A DNA stretch of 64,000 nucleotides from assembly GCA_951812945.1 (NCBI GenBank), contig CATOTB010000006.1:6696-70695 (forward strand), read 5' to 3'. The notes beneath the pieces were generated by a model. That model was not told the DNA's origin. It saw only the letters and a program-made list of their open reading frames with translations, and did not search any database. The first letter of the stretch is position 1. Each line of letters opens with the position of its first letter. This document shows positions 29,494 through 38,654 of the stretch, one piece after another. The position numbers and the translations under genes are program-made. The stretch comes from Candidatus Dadabacteria bacterium. GTDB taxonomy: Bacteria; Desulfobacterota_D; UBA1144; Nemesobacterales; Nemesobacteraceae.

Positions 29494-30756
29494 TTACATA
29501 ACCGCTTTTGCCTTTATCACTCTGAGTTTTATATGATTCGGGTCGGGAAGTTTGCTTATAAATCCGACCTGAACATTTCTGAGCCACATTACCTGTTTCG
29601 GAGCGAGAACTTCTTCTATCTTGAAGCGGTTTGATCCGAAAGGCGTATTCGAGGATTTGAAAAACTCTATTTCAAGCTCTATTTTCTCATAAGTGATGTC
29701 GCTTATGTTCTCGATGACGAGCTTGCTGAGCGTCGCGGTCGCGCCGGGGATTCCGCTTCCCCATTTAAACTCCCTTATGATTATATCGTGCTTCGGGAAA
29801 GGTTCTCTGAGCTCTTCTTGGGAAAGTTCCGTGGTCTTGTCCGCAGCCGGACTGACCGGAGGGGAGACGCTCCCGGTTTCACCGCTGTAGCTGCTCTCGG
29901 GTTTATCGGAAGACGATGTTTCTTGCTGCGGTTCGGCTTTTTTTTCTCCGTCTTTTTTTCTAAGTATGCTCACGGAGCTGATTTTTTCTTTTATCCTCTG
30001 ACCGAGGCTTCCCCCACCCGAGAGAATATACTTTAGCTCCTTTGTTGATATCGCCTCGGCTCCGGAGATGGCGATCGATCTTTCAAGAGCGTTCGGACTC
30101 GAGAAGCCGACGTTTATTCCTGTAAAGGTTCTTTCTTCTCCGGCGGGAAGAACATCGTGTATTGTCACCGAAGAAAGATGAGTGCTTCCCGGCCCGCCTC
30201 CCCCGTCTTTTTCCGTTAGAAGTATCCTTATGTTTTTTAAGTGGGTTTCTCCGGTGTTCTCAAGGGTGATTTCCGTTATGAAGCCTTCCGTTCCGAAACT
30301 TGCGCCTTCAAATTCCCAGTTTTTTATGAAAATTACACTCTCGGCGCTTTCAAGCGAAGAACTTTTCGATAGCTCGGCACCCTTTACTATCGCCTCGGAA
30401 TCTTCAAGATCCGAGTTCATAAGTCCCAGATCCAGGTTGAAGAAAGTTCTCTCTTCTCCGGCGGGCAGTTCCTCGGGTATTGTTCCCTGAAGCGAGCCCA
30501 GAAGTTTGCCGGTTCTCGTAAACAGATCGACCCTGATTTTGATGTTCTTGTAGCTGTTTTTGCCGGAGTTTGCGACGGTTATTGCCCCAAGCGTCGCCAT
30601 GCGTCCGACTCCGTAGGATTTCCACGAGTAATCTTTTACGCTTAGCTCCGCCCGCGGATTTGCCTGTGCATAAGCCATCTCCGCCTGCGGAGAAAGGAGA
30701 AGCGGAAAAAGCAGAACAGCAAGAGTGATTGTCGTAGCGTGGATTAAACTTTTCAT
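29494..30756 (-). CDS. exported protein with three FxLYD-like Ig-fold repeats
   Basis: Signal peptide; three repeats of I.(L/V).N.....(Y/L)..I.I...(L/F)....G......I...L..GE...F; Ser/Glu/Pro linker before repeat 3. Confidence 0.7.
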   Translation of the reverse strand: MKSLIHATTITLAVLLFPLLLSPQAEMAYAQANPRAELSVKDYSWKSYGVGRMATLGAITVANSGKNSYKNIKIRVDLFTRTGKLLGSLQGTIPEELPAGEERTFFNLDLGLMNSDLEDSEAIVKGAELSKSSSLESAESVIFIKNWEFEGASFGTEGFITEITLENTGETHLKNIRILLTEKDGGGGPGSTHLSSVTIHDVLPAGEERTFTGINVGFSSPNALERSIAISGAEAISTKELKYILSGGGSLGQRIKEKISSVSILRKKDGEKKAEPQQETSSSDKPESSYSGETGSVSPPVSPAADKTTELSQEELREPFPKHDIIIREFKWGSGIPGATATLSKLVIENISDITYEKIELEIEFFKSSNTPFGSNRFKIEEVLAPKQVMWLRNVQVGFISKLPDPNHIKLRVIKAKAVM

Positions 30757-30938
30757 CAGGTCTGAAAAAGTATTTATAATAATATAACGGAGAGTTTTTG
30801 TTATGGAAGTTCCGAGAGGGAGCTTTTTTTCTTGAGATATCTTCCAGAAAAGTTATAAATTTAAAACAACTAACCGGCAACCGAAGGTTCTTTCGGCACA
30901 CGATTCGCCGTAACTCATAGAAACAGCAGGTTTTTTCA

Positions 30939-31277
30939 ATGGCAGTTTATATATTACTCAGCAGACTTACTCCCGAGGGCAGAAAAACCGTGAAGGAAAG
31001 GCCCGGGAGAATAAAGGAAGTCGACAAGGAACTTGAAGGTATAGGCGTCAGAGTTATCGAGCAGTATGCGACTCTGGGAAGGTACGATTTTGTAAACATT
31101 GTGGAGGCGCCCGATAACGAGACCATAGGAAAAGTCTCGGTGGACCTCTGCTCCAGGGGGACGCTCGAACTGATAACCCTTCCGGCGGTTTCGGTCGAAT
31201 CTCTGGTGGAGTCCCTTAACAGAACCAGGACGGAAAAAATGCCTCCCGTACCGTCCGGGGAAGATAAAGATGTTTAA
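30939..31277 (+). CDS. GYD-domain protein
   Basis: YILLSRLTPEG...YATLGRYDFVNIVEAPD. Confidence 0.88.
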   Translation: MAVYILLSRLTPEGRKTVKERPGRIKEVDKELEGIGVRVIEQYATLGRYDFVNIVEAPDNETIGKVSVDLCSRGTLELITLPAVSVESLVESLNRTRTEKMPPVPSGEDKDV

Positions 31278-31428
31278 GAAGTATTTCGGCGTAGTAGAAG
31301 AACAGTCGCAGGATGTTTTCGGGACCCATGCGAAAAAAACCCTCTCGGTTTTTTCATTTTTCTCGGTCGCCGCGGTCATCCTACCCCTTGCCATACTCGT
31401 CCTGTTCATTGTGCTGAAACTTTTCTAA
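31270..31428 (+). CDS. small membrane protein (52 aa), not in ORF track
   Basis: MFKKYFGVVEEQSQDVFGTHAKKTLSVFSFFSVAAVILPLAILVLFIVLKLF; overlaps the GYD stop and ends 7 nt before mutL. Confidence 0.6.
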   Translation: MFKKYFGVVEEQSQDVFGTHAKKTLSVFSFFSVAAVILPLAILVLFIVLKLF

Positions 31429-31435
31429 AGTATTA

Positions 31436-33235
31436 ATGGCAAAAATCAGAACACTTCCGGATGTCCTTGTCTCCAAGATAGCTGCCGGAGAAATAGTCGA
31501 AAGACCCGCTTCTGTAGTAAAAGAACTTGTTGAAAACTCAATTGACGCAGGGGCCACCAGAGTATCCGTACATCTTGAGGCTGGAGGCAAGAGGCTTATA
31601 AGGGTGGTTGATAACGGTCACGGGATGTCTCGTGATGATGCCCTTATGAGCATTGAACGCCACGCCACGAGCAAAATAAGGGATATAGACGATCTTTTCT
31701 CGATAGGGACTCTCGGTTTTCGCGGTGAGGCGCTTCCGAGCATAGCCAGCGTTTCAAGGTTCAGAATGATAACCGCCGCCGAGGGTTCGAAGTCCGGCAC
31801 GGAAATCTACATTGAAGGCGGAGTCATGAGAAAAGTTAAGGAGACGGCGTCTCCCGCGGGTTCTTCCGTCGAGGTTAAGAACCTGTTTTTCAACACGCCG
31901 CCGAGGCTTAAGTTTCTGAAAAGGCCGGAGACCGAGCTTGGCAGGGCTCTTGAGGTTATCCAGCGCGAGGCCCTTTCAAGACCCGGGGTGTCTTTTGAGA
32001 TTTTCTCAGACGGAAGAAATATCCATCGCTACAGCGCAAGCGAATCTCTTTCGCAGCGCGTAGCGCAGATAATCCCCGGCACATCCCTTTACGAGATAGA
32101 CTTTGAAGACGAAACCCTTGCGCTGTACGGTTTCCTGGGAAGCCCGCTGGATCCTCGCTCCTCGATGCGCAGGCTGTTTACTTACGTGAACACAAGACCT
32201 GTTAGGGACCGTTTTATAAACAGGATCATAATGGACTGCTACGGGAGGATGGTTGAAAAGGGGCGGTATCCCCAGGGGGCTGTCTTTATTGAGAGGGACC
32301 CCGCATTGGTGGACGTTAACGTGCACCCGACCAAAAGCGAGGTGATGTTCGAGGGCCAGTACGAAGTTGGCCAGAGCATTCGCCGTGCGATAGGCGGCAT
32401 GCTTGCCGACGCCCCGTGGATGAAGGGCTACAGGGAAAGGACACAGAAGGCCCTTGGGGATTTTTACGAGAGACAGAAAGACCCGGGGTCTCCCAAGAGA
32501 AATGATTACCCCGCGGCGACATCTTCAGCGAAAGCAGCTTCCGCGCAAGCCGCGTACAAGCCCGGATCAACATCATCTTTCCACGGCGGCGTTTCCACTG
32601 TACCCGAAAAGTCTGCGGAGACCGCAAAAGGGGACATGTTCTCCGACGGCTTTTACTCAAGCCTCAAGTTTCTCGGACAGGTCGGAAAGCTGTATCTTGT
32701 ATGCGAAAGCCCGGATGGAATCATTCTTATTGACCAGCATGCAGCCCATGAGCGGGTTAACTTCGAGAGAATAAAAAAATCCTATCTCGAAGAAACTTCC
32801 TCCTGCTCCCAGGAGCTTCTGATTCCCGAAGTGGTAGAACTTACGGTTCGGGAAATCAATACGGCGCGGCAGTTTGCAAACGAGATGGAGAGGCTTGGCT
32901 TTAATTTTGAGATTTTCGGAGAAAACGCGGTCAGGATAAAATCCGTCCCGGGGTTTTTAAGGGACTCTGATTACGCCCGGGTTTTTAGCGATCTGTTCGA
33001 CGAGCTTGATGGTTTCGGCGACCCCAAGAGCCTGAGGGAACATCTGGACACGGTGTGCGCCACAATGGCGTGCCACAGTTCGATAACCGCAAACCGTACA
33101 CTCTCGGAGCAGGAGACAAGGAATCTTTTTGCGGATATGGACGCTTCGGAGAATCCGCACGCCTGCCCTCACGGCCGGCCGGTTGCGACCCGGATATCGT
33201 ACAATATGCTTGAGAAGATGTTTAAAAGAACCTGA
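31436..33235 (+). CDS. mutL: DNA mismatch repair endonuclease MutL
   Basis: IAAGEIVERP, KELVENSIDAG, GFRGEAL, DVNVHPTK, DQHAAHER, CPHGRP. Confidence 0.98.
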   Translation: MAKIRTLPDVLVSKIAAGEIVERPASVVKELVENSIDAGATRVSVHLEAGGKRLIRVVDNGHGMSRDDALMSIERHATSKIRDIDDLFSIGTLGFRGEALPSIASVSRFRMITAAEGSKSGTEIYIEGGVMRKVKETASPAGSSVEVKNLFFNTPPRLKFLKRPETELGRALEVIQREALSRPGVSFEIFSDGRNIHRYSASESLSQRVAQIIPGTSLYEIDFEDETLALYGFLGSPLDPRSSMRRLFTYVNTRPVRDRFINRIIMDCYGRMVEKGRYPQGAVFIERDPALVDVNVHPTKSEVMFEGQYEVGQSIRRAIGGMLADAPWMKGYRERTQKALGDFYERQKDPGSPKRNDYPAATSSAKAASAQAAYKPGSTSSFHGGVSTVPEKSAETAKGDMFSDGFYSSLKFLGQVGKLYLVCESPDGIILIDQHAAHERVNFERIKKSYLEETSSCSQELLIPEVVELTVREINTARQFANEMERLGFNFEIFGENAVRIKSVPGFLRDSDYARVFSDLFDELDGFGDPKSLREHLDTVCATMACHSSITANRTLSEQETRNLFADMDASENPHACPHGRPVATRISYNMLEKMFKRT

Positions 33236-33324
33236 TTCGGACGGTTTTTACATGGTGGTGGTAAGCCGAAGTTTCCGAGAAAAATTACTCTTTGCAAATA
33301 TCATAAAGGAGGATCAAATCCGAA

Positions 33325-33894
33325 ATGGCTGTTGTTGAGACGAGTCGTTTTCATAAGGGGATGAAGATCGAGACCGAAGGGGCGATCTGGGAGATAGTTG
33401 AGTACAAGCATTCTAAGATGGCGCAGAGAAGCCCGATAGTTACCGCGAGGCTCAAAAATATTGCTACTGGAGCCGTCAGGGAAATGAAATTCCGCGCTGG
33501 AGATACGTTTAACGTTCCCGACATCCAGAAAAGGACGATGCAGTATCTCTACAGGGACGATTCAATGTTTTACTTCATGGATTCTGAAACTTTTGACCAG
33601 TTCCCGTTCAATGCGGACATAATAGGGGACACTGTGAAGTTTTTAAAAGAACAGCAGGAAGTCGTCGTTCAAATGCACGAGGGAGAACTCATAGGCGTGG
33701 AGCTTCCCACTGCAGTTGTCTTCGAGGTTACGCACACGGAACCCGGAGTAAAGGGAGATACGGTTTCAAGCACTACGAAACCGGCGACCATAGAAACCGG
33801 AGCGGTGGTTGCCGTCCCTATTTTTATTAATATCGGGGACATGATAAAAGTTGATACCAGGAACGGGAATTATCTCGAAAGGGCGAAATCCTGA
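33325..33894 (+). CDS. efp: translation elongation factor P (atypical loop)
   Basis: MQYLY, YFMDSETFDQ, TEPGVKGDT, KPATIETG, VPIFI, VDTR; AAGGAGG RBS. Confidence 0.96.
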   Translation: MAVVETSRFHKGMKIETEGAIWEIVEYKHSKMAQRSPIVTARLKNIATGAVREMKFRAGDTFNVPDIQKRTMQYLYRDDSMFYFMDSETFDQFPFNADIIGDTVKFLKEQQEVVVQMHEGELIGVELPTAVVFEVTHTEPGVKGDTVSSTTKPATIETGAVVAVPIFINIGDMIKVDTRNGNYLERAKS

Positions 33895-33923
33895 GCTAAG
33901 ACCGCCCGATTGCTAACCACGTC

Positions 33924-35225
33924 CTATTTTCCGAAAGGGTCCTCAAGTTCCGGGTGCCAGAGTCTGAAGTGTTCTTTGTGCAGGTCGTGGTATGAGTCTT
34001 TCTGGAAGTACTTGTCGTAGAACTCAAGATCGAGATGGTGGGCCTGGAATACCAGCCGAACGAACATCGGGTCAAGAAAAGCCGGGAATCTTCCGTAGTT
34101 CTCATGCACATAGGTGCAGAAATCCTTTACTATCTGTATCCTGACTTCGGAAGGATGGTATTCGTCGCGCAGGATCGAGGCGGGATCTCTGTAGGGAAAC
34201 GGGTTGTCTTCCTTCCAGAACTCCCCTCTTACTTCGAGAAATTTATCAACCGCTTCGCCCATGTCCGCCACGTAGGGAGGGCAGAGGGATTCGAAAACTC
34301 CGTCTCTTCCGACGGGATAGGGCGGATTGGTGCTCCGAAGACTTTGCTCCGGCTGGACGAACCGGAACCCGAGTCCCTTGTGGGAAGGGTCTAGCCCGAG
34401 GGCGTAATGGGGCAGCAGTCCCGTAAATGTCCAACCTCCGAGACCCAGAGCCTGCAGCGCGAGATTCATGTTCTGGCTTATGAAGGCCTGTTCCACGTTG
34501 AGCGTGGTCAGCACCCTTAATTCCAGATCAAACAGAGAAAGCCTGACGTCGTTTCTGATGTAGCCTTTTTCTATCCATTTATCAAGACCGCACGACCTTC
34601 CCCCGTTGAGTTCGTCAATAATGTTAAAACCGTACTTGGACCCAAAATATATGAACAGAAGCACCATGTACTCAACGGTGGTATTGGTCACCGGGATGAA
34701 AAAGCTTGTCCCCGGTTTATTGGTGTTCCAGGCGTTAAAGTCAAAAAGGCCGGGCTCTCCTTTGGGAAGATCCGCTCTTTGGTCCTCAAGGGTAATTCTG
34801 CTTGCCCTGAAAAGCTCAAGTATTTTTTCAAGCTGTTTTTCCCTATCAAGTGACATGAAGATCGAGGTGTCGGGGGGCATTAGGTCAAAAAGCCGTACCA
34901 TGTAGACCCCTTCGTCATTTGTGTAGAAAAGCTCGGTCGAATGGGAGTTGCAGGAGCACGGCCAGCTTCTCCCCGTCCACTGGAAAAGCCATGATATGCC
35001 GGTTCTTGGAAGGTCTCCCAGGGAGAGACCCGTGGTTCCCGTGCCCGCCCAGATCAGGAAAGCCTCTTCAAGTTCGGAAAGCGGAACCGGGTCATGAGAG
35101 GAGCTGTAAGCCAGATTCCCCTCGGGAATTTCCATGCCGAGGCCGAAACGCCGCGATCTTCTTGAAAATATGGAGTCCAGAAGACTGAAGTTTATGGCTT
35201 TCTCAAAGCCTTTGGGGATTTTCAT
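33924..35225 (-). CDS. uncharacterised nitroreductase-fold (FMN-binding) protein
   Basis: N-terminal RRSRRF and SQNMNLALQALGLGGW resemble nitroreductase-superfamily motifs. Confidence 0.6.
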   Translation of the reverse strand: MKIPKGFEKAINFSLLDSIFSRRSRRFGLGMEIPEGNLAYSSSHDPVPLSELEEAFLIWAGTGTTGLSLGDLPRTGISWLFQWTGRSWPCSCNSHSTELFYTNDEGVYMVRLFDLMPPDTSIFMSLDREKQLEKILELFRASRITLEDQRADLPKGEPGLFDFNAWNTNKPGTSFFIPVTNTTVEYMVLLFIYFGSKYGFNIIDELNGGRSCGLDKWIEKGYIRNDVRLSLFDLELRVLTTLNVEQAFISQNMNLALQALGLGGWTFTGLLPHYALGLDPSHKGLGFRFVQPEQSLRSTNPPYPVGRDGVFESLCPPYVADMGEAVDKFLEVRGEFWKEDNPFPYRDPASILRDEYHPSEVRIQIVKDFCTYVHENYGRFPAFLDPMFVRLVFQAHHLDLEFYDKYFQKDSYHDLHKEHFRLWHPELEDPFGK

Positions 35226-35271
35226 TTGTCCGCTCTTTTGGGAGGTCTGGCGAGAAACGGCTGGGTTCTGG

Positions 35272-35721
35272 TCAGTTGCTGAGGCTTTTGCATTCCTCGC
35301 AGATTCCGCTGAAAAGTACCGAGTATCCGAGAATTTTGTAATTGTCTATTTGGGGGTCAAGTTTCGAATAAGCTATGGAATCGTCGTAGAGATCCTCTAT
35401 CTTTTTGCATTTCACGCATACGACGTGATGGTGAGGTTCCATGTTGGCGTCGTATCTGGCGGCGTGATACAGGGTGTTCACTACGGATATGAGTCCCATT
35501 CTCTCAAATGTTTCAAGGGTTCTGTACACCGTGGTAAGAGATATGTTCGGGTAGTAATCCTTTATGTTCTTGTAGATCATTTCGGTGCTCGGGTGCTGCA
35601 TGCTTCCTGCAAGCTCCTTGTATATCGCTATTCGCTGGGGAGTTACCTTGAGCCCCAGTTCTTTGCTTCTTTTTATGAATTGCGATATCTTGTTTTCGGT
35701 TCTGGGTTCCGAATTCTTCAT
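35272..35721 (-). CDS. Fur-family regulator, PerR-like
   Basis: KVTPQR, HPSTE, SLTTVYRTL, RYDANMEPHHHVVCVKC, C-terminal CEEC. Confidence 0.9.
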   Translation of the reverse strand: MKNSEPRTENKISQFIKRSKELGLKVTPQRIAIYKELAGSMQHPSTEMIYKNIKDYYPNISLTTVYRTLETFERMGLISVVNTLYHAARYDANMEPHHHVVCVKCKKIEDLYDDSIAYSKLDPQIDNYKILGYSVLFSGICEECKSLSN

Positions 35722-35798
35722 AATCTGTCCCTTGATGGAAGTTAAAACAGACCAGTTTCAGTGTACATTAAAAGTGTTTAAGTCTCAAACCGCGCACC

Positions 35799-36410
35799 AT
35801 GGAAAAAACCGCGATTGAGTTTATGAAGAAAAACAGGGTCGTGGCCGTTATAAGGTCCGCCAGTTACGAAAAATCTCTTGAATTCGCAAGGGCATGCGTT
35901 GACGGCGGGATAAAACTCATAGAAGTCATATCAATCTCTCCGGGTTCTGAAAGGCTTCTTCGGGAACTCGCCTCTCGGGACGGAATATGCGTCGGGGCGG
36001 GTACGGTTCTTGACCGCGGCTCCGCTGAGCGGATGTATGACAGCGGGGCCAGCTTCATAGTTTCTCCGCACACCGACCCCGCGATAATCGAATATTGTCG
36101 GAAAAGCGACATCACGGTGATCTCAGGCGCCTTTACATCCTCCGAGATGGTTAACGCCCGCAACATTGGAGCTGACTTCGTAAAGATATTTCCCGCTTCG
36201 AGTTTCGGTCCGGGTTACGTGAAGGCTATAAAGGACCCTCTCGGATTTATGGATATCATGGTTACCGGAGGAATTACCGCGGACAACATCCGGGATTATT
36301 TCTCGGCGGGAGCCGCGCTTGCCGGAGTGTCTACCGCGCTTTTGAGCGGAGGAGACGACTATCAGTCAATAAAACAGAGGGCCGAGGAGTTCTCTCGGTT
36401 CTCCGCGTGA
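35799..36410 (+). CDS. eda: KDPG/KHG aldolase
   Basis: VAVIR, GAGTVL, FIVSP, VKIFPA, VTGGI. Confidence 0.9.
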   Translation: MEKTAIEFMKKNRVVAVIRSASYEKSLEFARACVDGGIKLIEVISISPGSERLLRELASRDGICVGAGTVLDRGSAERMYDSGASFIVSPHTDPAIIEYCRKSDITVISGAFTSSEMVNARNIGADFVKIFPASSFGPGYVKAIKDPLGFMDIMVTGGITADNIRDYFSAGAALAGVSTALLSGGDDYQSIKQRAEEFSRFSA

Positions 36411-36778
36411 AAATGAATACAAAGCCCCGGGCAAGGGAGTTTTATCTTGACTCAATAGACGAGGTGTTTGCCGAGATCTTTTTTCTTTTCGGCGGCGGCT
36501 TTGACGTTCAGATGGAAATCGCTTCTGAGACCTCGCTTGTAAGCGCTTCTTTTTCGCCCCGCATCACGGCGGTTGATAGAGAGGGGGCAGTCGACTTTGA
36601 GCTTTGTGCCTTTGAATGTTCAGGTGTTTCTGCGGAGAATCTCGAGGGGTATCTCGGGGTCCCGGTGCATACAAGCAGCGCGCTTGAGTTTTTTGACTAT
36701 GTTTTTTCCCAAAGATCCAAAGTTGCCTGCGGCGTGGATTTCGCGGGAAACAGCTGGATAATAGCCGTTACTGACTGA
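36407..36778 (+). CDS. hypothetical protein
   Basis: 123-aa ORF with GTGA overlap to eda; no motif recognised. Confidence 0.55.
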   Translation: MKMNTKPRAREFYLDSIDEVFAEIFFLFGGGFDVQMEIASETSLVSASFSPRITAVDREGAVDFELCAFECSGVSAENLEGYLGVPVHTSSALEFFDYVFSQRSKVACGVDFAGNSWIIAVTD

Positions 36779-36871
36779 AAACGGCCATTATTTCCGGCTG
36801 TTTTTAGATATTGATTTTCCTTTCCTGGTTGCTTTTTTGCGGGCTTGCTTAAAACCTGTTACTTTAGCAAA

Positions 36872-37231
36872 GTGAGGTTTTTGCCGTTATTGCTGATGTT
36901 AGTGACCGTGTTTTCGCTACCTGCTTATGCCCAAAGCGGGACGGGCCACGACTGGTATTCGGGAAACAGCTACTATTGGAATACGGATCCTGAGGGCAAG
37001 ACGACTGTTCATGGCTTTGACACGAAAACAGGAGCGTACTGGAATGCGACTATCGAACCAGATGGGGACATGAGGGGCTACGATAGCAATTACAATCCCT
37101 GGAGTTACGATAGCCGGACGGGATATTACTATAATTTTGGCACAGGTGAGAACTGTATCGGAAAAGGCTATGTCCGGACATGTTATTGGGGAGGCATGCT
37201 GAATGGTCCCATGGGCAGGGGCAATAAATGA
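36872..37231 (+). CDS. small secreted Tyr/Trp/Gly-rich protein
   Basis: Signal peptide RFLPLLLMLVTVFSLPAYA|Q; quasi-repeats GxDxxxxxxW; two Cys near the C-terminus. Confidence 0.7.
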   Translation: MRFLPLLLMLVTVFSLPAYAQSGTGHDWYSGNSYYWNTDPEGKTTVHGFDTKTGAYWNATIEPDGDMRGYDSNYNPWSYDSRTGYYYNFGTGENCIGKGYVRTCYWGGMLNGPMGRGNK

Positions 37232-37304
37232 GCAAGCCGTTCACTTTGGGAGTGGACAAGAAAAGGGAGACTCGGGTCACCGAGACAGGGTTGGATGATA
37301 GCCT

Positions 37305-38384
37305 CTAGAACCGTTCCAGAATTTCGTAATAGGTATTTCTCTGCGCGGGGTTAAACCCGGCGCTTTTTATCATGTGAACCAGTTCGTCTACGGTCGAGCG
37401 AATCTTGTTCTCAGCGCACCCCAGGACATTTTCGTCGTAAAGAGTCCCCCCGAGGTCGCTTGCGCCGTAGTGCATGGACATTGAACCCATCTTCTTTCCC
37501 TGGGTAAACCACGAGCCTTGAACATGCTTGAAGTTATCGAGAAATATCCTGCATACCGATAGAACCCTAAGGTATCTCTCCCCGCCGACCTCGTCCTTTA
37601 TTCTTTTTTCAAGCAGGGTGTTTTTTGGCTTGAATGTCCAAGGGATAAACGCTAGGAAATTCCCCGTTTCATCTTGAAGCTCTCTTATCCTGAGGAGGTG
37701 CTCGATTATGTCCTCGTCCTCCTCAAGGTGGCCGAACATCATGGTCGCGGTCGTCTTAAAGCCCGTCAGATGAGCTTCCCTGGTGATTCTCATCCATGTG
37801 TCGGCATCTATCTTGAGAGGGCTTATAGCTCTTCTCGCCTTGTTGGACAGCACCTCGGCGCCCCCTCCCGGTATTGTTCTCAGGCCCGCGTCCCAGAGGC
37901 TTTGCAGCACGTATTTTGTGTCGAGATTTTCATACTTGGCAATTGCGGCTATTTCCGGGGCGGAGAAGGCGTGGAGATGAAGGTCCGGTATCTCCTTTCT
38001 GGCCCTTTTTACGATTTCAATATAGTAGTCAAGCTTCAGTTCCGGGTTATGACCTCCCTGCAGAAGAACTGTAGTGGCGCCGTTATGGTATGAGGTGCGC
38101 ATTATTTCGATCACTTTGTCGACGCTCAGTGTGTAGGCGTCGTATGCGCCCGGCGGTCTCCAGAAGGCGCAGAAAAGGCACTCCGTGTCGCAGACGTTCG
38201 TGTAGTTGGGGTTTGTGTCCGCGACGAAGGTCACTATGTTTTCCGGATTAAACTTTTTCCTTACTATATCGGCTAGGGAACCGAGCTGGAGCAGGTCGGC
38301 TTTCCCGAGAAGCAAAGCGGCTTCATCGGTCGATATCCGCTTACCCTCAAAAACCTTCGCGTAGATGTTTTCAAGCGAACTCAT
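37305..38384 (-). CDS. mqnC: cyclic dehypoxanthinyl futalosine synthase (radical SAM)
   Basis: NYTNVCDTECLFCAF (CxxxCxxC), LLQGGHNP, PGGGAEVL, TATMMFGH, FIPWTF, QGSWFTQG. Confidence 0.88.
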   Translation of the reverse strand: MSSLENIYAKVFEGKRISTDEAALLLGKADLLQLGSLADIVRKKFNPENIVTFVADTNPNYTNVCDTECLFCAFWRPPGAYDAYTLSVDKVIEIMRTSYHNGATTVLLQGGHNPELKLDYYIEIVKRARKEIPDLHLHAFSAPEIAAIAKYENLDTKYVLQSLWDAGLRTIPGGGAEVLSNKARRAISPLKIDADTWMRITREAHLTGFKTTATMMFGHLEEDEDIIEHLLRIRELQDETGNFLAFIPWTFKPKNTLLEKRIKDEVGGERYLRVLSVCRIFLDNFKHVQGSWFTQGKKMGSMSMHYGASDLGGTLYDENVLGCAENKIRSTVDELVHMIKSAGFNPAQRNTYYEILERF

Positions 38385-38654
38385 AGAGAAAACTAATAAA
38401 GCTAATAGCGGAGGCAAAGTCAATTCTGCGTGCGGTGTTTCTGAAGCCGCCTTCGAAACAGGTGTGGGCAGAAGGTTTCCCGCAACTGAGAAAAAACGCA
38501 GGATTGAACATGGTTTCTAGCAGGTTGGAGTTAGCGGCATGCCGGGCAGTTTAGCAACGTGTCAACATGTCATTTCAACGGTTAATCCCGGTTTGCAATC
38601 TTCATAGCTCGATAAAATATATGTACCATATTCTTTCAGGAGCTCTAGATATCC

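Noticed and set aside
27917-29500. TnpB as a Cas12f/type V CRISPR effector
   Set aside because: No repeat-spacer array or cas genes nearby or elsewhere in the window.
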